A DNA stretch of 64,000 nt from an uncultured Rhodospirillaceae bacterium (GTDB lineage Bacteria; Pseudomonadota; Alphaproteobacteria; UBA9219): contig CAZFCA010000001.1 in the NCBI GenBank assembly GCA_964517415.1, positions 54,969 to 118,968 of the forward strand. Reading direction: 5' to 3'. Below, one piece after another: positions 59,351-64,000 of the stretch (the first letter of the stretch is position 1; every line of letters starts with the position of its first letter). Position numbers and translations under genes: made by a program. Under the pieces are notes generated by a model, which had not been told where the DNA came from, did no database searches, and saw only the letters and a program-made list of their open reading frames with translations.

Positions 59351-60769
59351 CTACGACGAATAATACATATCGAATTCAATCGGGTGGGGCGCTATGCGGT
59401 AGCGGTCCCACTCCTCGCGCTTGAGGTCGAGATAGCTGTCGATCAGATCTTGCGTAAAGACGCCGCCTTTCAGCAAGAAGTCGTGGTCTTTTTCCAAAGC
59501 CTTGATCGCTTCGTCTAACGAGCCGCAAACCGTCGGGATTTTCGCCAGCTCTTTCGGCGGCAGATGATACAAATCCTGCTCGGCGTGTTTGCCCGGATCG
59601 ATTTTGTTCTTGATGCCGTCCAGCCCCGCCATCAACATCGCCGAGAACGCGAGATAGGGGTTGGCCATCGGGTCGGGAAAGCGCACTTCGACGCGCTTGG
59701 CCTTCGCGTGGCTGGCTACCGGAATGCGGCACGAGGCCGAGCGGTTGCCGACCGAATAAGCCAGAAGCACGGGCGCTTCGTAGCCCGGAACAAGCCTTTT
59801 ATAGCTATTTGTCGTGGGGTTGGTTATGGCGTTCAGAGCCTTGGCGTGCTTGATGATGCCGCCGATGTAATACAAGGCAGTTTTCGACAAGCCAGCATAT
59901 TCCTTGCCCGCGAATAGCGGCGTGGTGTTTTTCCATATCGACTGGTGCACATGCATGCCAGAGCCGTTATCGTCGATGATGGGCTTTGGCAGGAAGGTGG
60001 CCGTTTTGCCGTAAAGCGCGGCAACGTTATGAATAACGTATTTATAAATCTGCATGTTATCAGCGCATTTCAAAAGCGGCGCGAATTTGAGCCCCAGTTC
60101 ATGCTGGGAGGAGGCCACTTCATGATGATGCTTTTCCGTCGCTACGCCCAATTGCTTGATGACGGAAAGCATCTCGGTGCGCAGATCCTGCGCGCTGTCC
60201 ACCGGATTGACGGGGAAATAGCCGCCTTTTGTGCGCGGGCGGTGGCCCGTGTTGCCTTCGGGATAATCGCGCCCGCTGTTCGATGGGCTTTCCATCGACT
60301 CGACCTTGAAGAAGGTGTCCATCGGCTGGTTCGAAAAGCGCACGTCGTCGAAAACAAAAAATTCGCATTCAGGGCCAAAGAACGCCTGCGTGCCGACGCC
60401 TGAAGTTACAAGATATTTCTCCGCCTTCTTTGCAACCGAGCGCGGGCATCGCGCGTAAGGCTTGCCCGTTTCGGGATCGTGGACATCGCAATAGACGGCG
60501 ATGGTCGGCTCGGCATAAAAGGGATCGAGAACGGCGGTTGCCGTGTCCAGCATCAGGGTCATGTCGGATTCATTGATCGCTTTCCAGCCTGCGATCGACG
60601 AACCGTCGAACATAAGGCCTTCCTTGACCGCTTCGTCGTCGATGGTGTCAATGTGATGGGTGACATGCTGCAATTTTCCGCGCGGATCGGTGAAGCGCAG
60701 ATCCACATAACTAGCGTTATGCTTATGGATTAAATCGAAGAGAGGATTGGATTTAGCCATTTTGTTCAT
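59351..60769 (-). CDS. glnA: Glutamine synthetase type I
   Basis: FDGSSIAGW, adenylylation-loop region and about 470 aa length. Confidence 0.9.
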   Translation of the reverse strand: MNKMAKSNPLFDLIHKHNASYVDLRFTDPRGKLQHVTHHIDTIDDEAVKEGLMFDGSSIAGWKAINESDMTLMLDTATAVLDPFYAEPTIAVYCDVHDPETGKPYARCPRSVAKKAEKYLVTSGVGTQAFFGPECEFFVFDDVRFSNQPMDTFFKVESMESPSNSGRDYPEGNTGHRPRTKGGYFPVNPVDSAQDLRTEMLSVIKQLGVATEKHHHEVASSQHELGLKFAPLLKCADNMQIYKYVIHNVAALYGKTATFLPKPIIDDNGSGMHVHQSIWKNTTPLFAGKEYAGLSKTALYYIGGIIKHAKALNAITNPTTNSYKRLVPGYEAPVLLAYSVGNRSASCRIPVASHAKAKRVEVRFPDPMANPYLAFSAMLMAGLDGIKNKIDPGKHAEQDLYHLPPKELAKIPTVCGSLDEAIKALEKDHDFLLKGGVFTQDLIDSYLDLKREEWDRYRIAPHPIEFDMYYSS

Positions 60770-61141
60770 TGTCCTTATGGGTCAGAGGGCGCGCCGAAAC
60801 GATAGTCGCCTGTCGCAAAAAAAACGATAAGAATCAGCGCACAAATTTTCAGTACGCTACGGCGCGGCGCGGGAGACGTTGAATCAAGAATTGTGACAGT
60901 TATGCTTTTGCGCGTTAGGGATGGGCGGGGGCACTTCGCCGCGCGGCGAGCGCGAAAGATCATATGTTAATGAAACAAAAAGGCGTAACTGCTTGACAAA
61001 CTTGCTCTCTTTAGGTTATCGGTTTTGCTATGGCGATCTGATTGCAAACCGCACGCTCGTGTTTAATTCCTATCGCAAATCATAAGTTGGGGTGATAAAG
61101 AATTGCCCTCTCCCGCAAGAGGAGAGGTAAGTGACTTTTAT

Positions 61142-61218
61142 GGCGGTTGTAGCTCAGTTGGTAGAGCCCTCGGTTGTGGTCCGAGTGGTCGCGGGTTCGA
61201 GTCCCGTCAACCGCCCCA
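61142..61218 (+). tRNA. tRNA-His (anticodon GTG) with encoded G-1 and CCA
   Basis: Manual fold: G-1 + GGCGGTT/AACCGCC acceptor, anticodon stem CTCGG/CCGAG with loop TTGTGGT, discriminator C, CCA. Confidence 0.8.
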
Positions 61219-61295
61219 GTTTTTCTACACATTTTTTAAGTGACTTGCTCCGCGTGAATTTCATATTATTTTTGAGAATTATTTCGGGAGGATTT

Positions 61296-61760
61296 ATGCA
61301 AATTTTCGACAAAGCTAATAATTATGGAATAGAGCCGAATACGCCTGCTTATTCTCTTTGGACAAGCAACGGCTCGGCAAAAATTTTGTGCGGCTTTGTT
61401 TTTACGCATTTTCCAGGATTTGCCAACCTCTGCGCGCCGTCTCTTTTTAAACTTCCACCGGATGCCCGCGTTGCGAATTCGGATAGGATTTATCGAGTGG
61501 AGAAATATGAACCCGGCGCTCATTCTTTGACGCTGAAGTCCGGCATCAACACGGCTATTGTGCTTCCTTATCGTTCTGATGCCGTCAAGCGTCCCTATCA
61601 TGAGCAAGCCGATGTGTCGCAAAGACAGAACAGTTACGTTTACGTTCTTAAAGGAGGCTTGACGCCGGAACTGGCCATTCACATAACCAGTCCTGTTCGT
61701 TCAGACGAGCCGTTTCTGACGCAAAAGCAGTTGAAGGATCTTGTGAAGCTAAGATTTTAA
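61296..61760 (+). CDS. Hypothetical protein downstream of tRNA-His (lower GC)
   Basis: 154 aa from Met MQIFDK. The ORF-track extension over the tRNA is spurious. No homolog recognised. Confidence 0.35.
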   Translation: MQIFDKANNYGIEPNTPAYSLWTSNGSAKILCGFVFTHFPGFANLCAPSLFKLPPDARVANSDRIYRVEKYEPGAHSLTLKSGINTAIVLPYRSDAVKRPYHEQADVSQRQNSYVYVLKGGLTPELAIHITSPVRSDEPFLTQKQLKDLVKLRF

Positions 61761-61773
61761 TAGAGAGAGACTA

Positions 61774-62214
61774 TCAGGCGCTTTTGGGGGCCTGCGCAGG
61801 GGACTGCTTGGCGACAGTGGCGGCGATCATTTTCTTCACCTGATCGACCGTGAGCGGCGCTTCCATCGGGCCGAGGTCGTGATCCATATCCAGATCAATC
61901 GTGATCATTGCCTTGTTGTCCACTACAGTAAACGCTTTCTTTCCGTCACGCGGCAAAACGATGTTGTTTTCGATAAGGAACAAAATGAGCGGCTGCAAAA
62001 CATCGCCGCCTTTGAACGACAGCTCGATATTGTTGACCGAATCCCCGTAAGTCGCTTCCACTTTGACCTTAATCTTGCTTTCGTCGCCCGCTATCGGCGT
62101 GCAGGAAACCAATTTGCCCGAAGGCAGAAACTGAGGCGTTTTGCGCGCGAAAGACTGAAAGGCCGTTATAAGCTCTTCGGTCGTAAAAATAATTTGGCGG
62201 ATTTCATAAACCAT
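61774..62214 (-). CDS. Hypothetical protein
   Basis: 146 aa, no recognisable domain. Confidence 0.35.
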   Translation of the reverse strand: MVYEIRQIIFTTEELITAFQSFARKTPQFLPSGKLVSCTPIAGDESKIKVKVEATYGDSVNNIELSFKGGDVLQPLILFLIENNIVLPRDGKKAFTVVDNKAMITIDLDMDHDLGPMEAPLTVDQVKKMIAATVAKQSPAQAPKSA

Positions 62215-62426
62215 ATGAGACTCTCCGACTTAACCAAAAGCCTGCATGGACTTTGACGGCTAAAACATACGTATAGAGTATATAGGCAAAACGATAACTT
62301 TTGATTAAATCCCATAGTTTCTAAGGGGTTAATATTTGGCTTTATTTAACAAGTTAAAGAGAGTTTTGTCGTTTTTTCTGCTATTCTCATTAATTATGAA
62401 CAACATCTTAATTCGGGATTTGAAAC

Positions 62427-63815
62427 ATGGCCGAGCGTTCTGTTCGCACTGAAAAGGACAGCATAGGTTCTATCGAAGTGCCCTATAGCCGCTATTGGGG
62501 AGCTCAAACTCAACGCAGTCTGCAAAACTTCCGCATCGGCACGGAAAAAATGCCTTTGCCGCTCATGCATGCTCTAGGGGTTGTGAAAATGGCGGCCGCT
62601 ATGGCGAATGTGCAGCTTGGCCTTTTAGATGAACAGGTGGGCAAAGCCATCGCCGAAGCCGCGAAAGAAGTCGCCATGGGGCGGCGCGACGATGAATTTC
62701 CGCTTTCCGTTTGGCAAACTGGCTCGGGCACACAAACGAACATGAACGTGAACGAGGTTGTCGCCAACCGCGCCATCGAACTTATGGGCGGCATTATGGG
62801 AAGCAAAATTCCCGCACATCCCAACGATCATGTGAACAAGGGGCAAAGCTCGAACGATTGCTTTCCGACAGCTATGCACATCGCGACAGTGATGGAGATC
62901 GAAAATTTCCTTATCCCCGCTTTGGAGCATTTGCATGAGACGCTGCGCGTGAAGAAAGAGGAATTTCGCGAGATCGTCAAAATCGGCCGCACCCATCTGC
63001 AAGACGCCGTGCCCATGACTTTAGGGCAGGAGTTTTCCGGCTATGCCGCGCAAGCGCGTCTGGGGATCGAGCGGGCGCGTCATGTTTTGCCGCATTTGTA
63101 TCCTTTGGCGCAAGGCGGAACGGCCGTGGGAACGGGGTTGAACGCCGATCCACGTTTCGACGATGCTTTTATCGCCCACGTTATCGATATCACGAAAAAG
63201 CCTTTCGTTATCGCCGAAAACAAATTCGAGGCCTTGGCAAGCAACGACGCGATGGTCGAAGTTTCGGGAATGCTCAATACGCTGGCCGCTAGCTTCATGA
63301 AAATCGCGAACGACATGCGGCTTCTGGCTTCGGGGCCGCGCTGCGGTATCGGCGAAATCACGCTGCCTGCGAATGAGCCTGGATCGTCGATCATGCCAGG
63401 GAAGGTTAATCCGACGCAGGCCGAAGCCATGACGATGGTCGCGGCGCAGGTCATGGGCAACCATGTGGCCGTAACGATAGGCGGCGCAGGCGGGCAATTG
63501 GAACTGAACGTTTTCAAACCGATGATTATCCATAACGTTTTGCAGTCTATTCGTTTGCTTGGCGATGCGGCGCGCAGCTTTGCGGATAAATGCGTGCGCG
63601 ACATCATGCCGAACAGAGAGCGCATTCAGGAACTGGTGGAAAAGTCTTTGATGCTTGTAACCGCATTGACGCCCATTATCGGCTATGACAAAGCGGCGAT
63701 GGTCGCCAAAAAGGCTTTTGACGAAAACAAGACGCTTAAAGAAGCCGTTTTGGACATGGGGCTGATGTCGGCCGAGGAATTCACGAATCTTGTAAGGCCG
63801 GAGAGTATGGTGTGA
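62427..63815 (+). CDS. fumC: Fumarate hydratase class II
   Basis: [13 protein letters not shown] and [13 protein letters not shown] signature motifs. 462 aa. Confidence 0.95.
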   Translation: MAERSVRTEKDSIGSIEVPYSRYWGAQTQRSLQNFRIGTEKMPLPLMHALGVVKMAAAMANVQLGLLDEQVGKAIAEAAKEVAMGRRDDEFPLSVWQTGSGTQTNMNVNEVVANRAIELMGGIMGSKIPAHPNDHVNKGQSSNDCFPTAMHIATVMEIENFLIPALEHLHETLRVKKEEFREIVKIGRTHLQDAVPMTLGQEFSGYAAQARLGIERARHVLPHLYPLAQGGTAVGTGLNADPRFDDAFIAHVIDITKKPFVIAENKFEALASNDAMVEVSGMLNTLAASFMKIANDMRLLASGPRCGIGEITLPANEPGSSIMPGKVNPTQAEAMTMVAAQVMGNHVAVTIGGAGGQLELNVFKPMIIHNVLQSIRLLGDAARSFADKCVRDIMPNRERIQELVEKSLMLVTALTPIIGYDKAAMVAKKAFDENKTLKEAVLDMGLMSAEEFTNLVRPESMV

Positions 63816-63861
63816 CGAGGTTTAGAGCATTTTCCGTTCAGGTGTGGACGTCACCCCCCGC

Positions 63862-63887
63862 GCAGGCGGGTATCCCGCCTGCGAATC
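63862..63887 (+). terminator. GC-rich hairpin CGCAGGCGGG-TATC-CCCGCCTGCG downstream of fumC (terminator/REP-like)
   Basis: Perfect 10-bp arms. No strong T-run, so it may be a REP rather than an intrinsic terminator. Confidence 0.4.
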
Positions 63888-63926
63888 CTTCTTCCATTCC
63901 CCATATTTCCCGTTAATCTGGGCGCA

Positions 63927-64000
63927 TGAAACGCTCGATCCGCATCGCAGGTCATAATACAAGCCTGTCGCTCGAACCTGAATTTTGGAATGAACTGAAA
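63927..64000 (+). CDS. 5' end of a ribbon-helix-helix (RHH_4-like) small protein, truncated by the window edge
   Basis: MKRSIRIAGHNTSLSLEPEFWNELK matches the N-terminus of the small alphaproteobacterial RHH-domain protein family. Confidence 0.4.

Noticed and set aside
60770-61130. Sigma54 / NtrC sites upstream of glnA
   Set aside because: No convincing TGGCAC-N5-TTGC or NtrC dyad could be found by eye. Not reportable without a scan.

Overview
This 64 kb window looks like a high-GC (about 58-60%) alphaproteobacterial chromosome segment. The lineage call rests on GcrA, GapR (DUF2312) and a CpdR-like response regulator, plus DnaA boxes ahead of gcrA. Most of the window is housekeeping: atpG-atpD-atpC, ribD, purE, lon behind a sigma32-type promoter, parE, lepA, glmS, glnA, fumC, trmFO, rlmJ, galU, ftsE and a partial ftsX. 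Hopanoid biosynthesis genes are present but split into three blocks: shc-hpnG (15.4-18.0 kb), hpnB-hpnC-hpnD-hpnE (36.4-40.4 kb, minus strand) and an hpnA-like epimerase (44.9-45.9 kb). Accessory content includes a low-GC type II R-M module (0.87-2.7 kb) and two tRNAs (Thr-CGT and His-GTG), each next to probable islets. One islet carries a GT2 plus GT-C glycosyltransferase pair and a lipoprotein. There is a family of about 34 bp GC-rich palindromic REP/MITE-like repeats (core ATCCCCGC-N6-GCGGGGAT) at eight or more intergenic sites, and several low-GC hypothetical ORFs. The most unusual content is (i) a translationally coupled five-gene operon (11.0-15.2 kb) encoding a lipoprotein, secreted and single-pass membrane proteins, with domain architectures reminiscent of T2SS/T4P inner-membrane platform parts (an STN-like lipoprotein, a PilP/GspC-HR-like beta-domain, a GspL-like protein, a GspM-like protein) but no ATPase or secretin; (ii) two prepilin-type (G|FTLVE and G|YTLAE) pilin-like genes downstream of a lytic transglycosylase; (iii) a prepilin peptidase reduced to its N-terminal zinc-binding domain; and (iv) an orphan 846-aa non-canonical Hsp70-family protein. 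CDS coordinates follow the supplied ORF track, with starts trimmed where an in-frame ATG with a ribosome-binding site was evident. Coordinates for repeats and regulatory sites are approximate, within a few bp.
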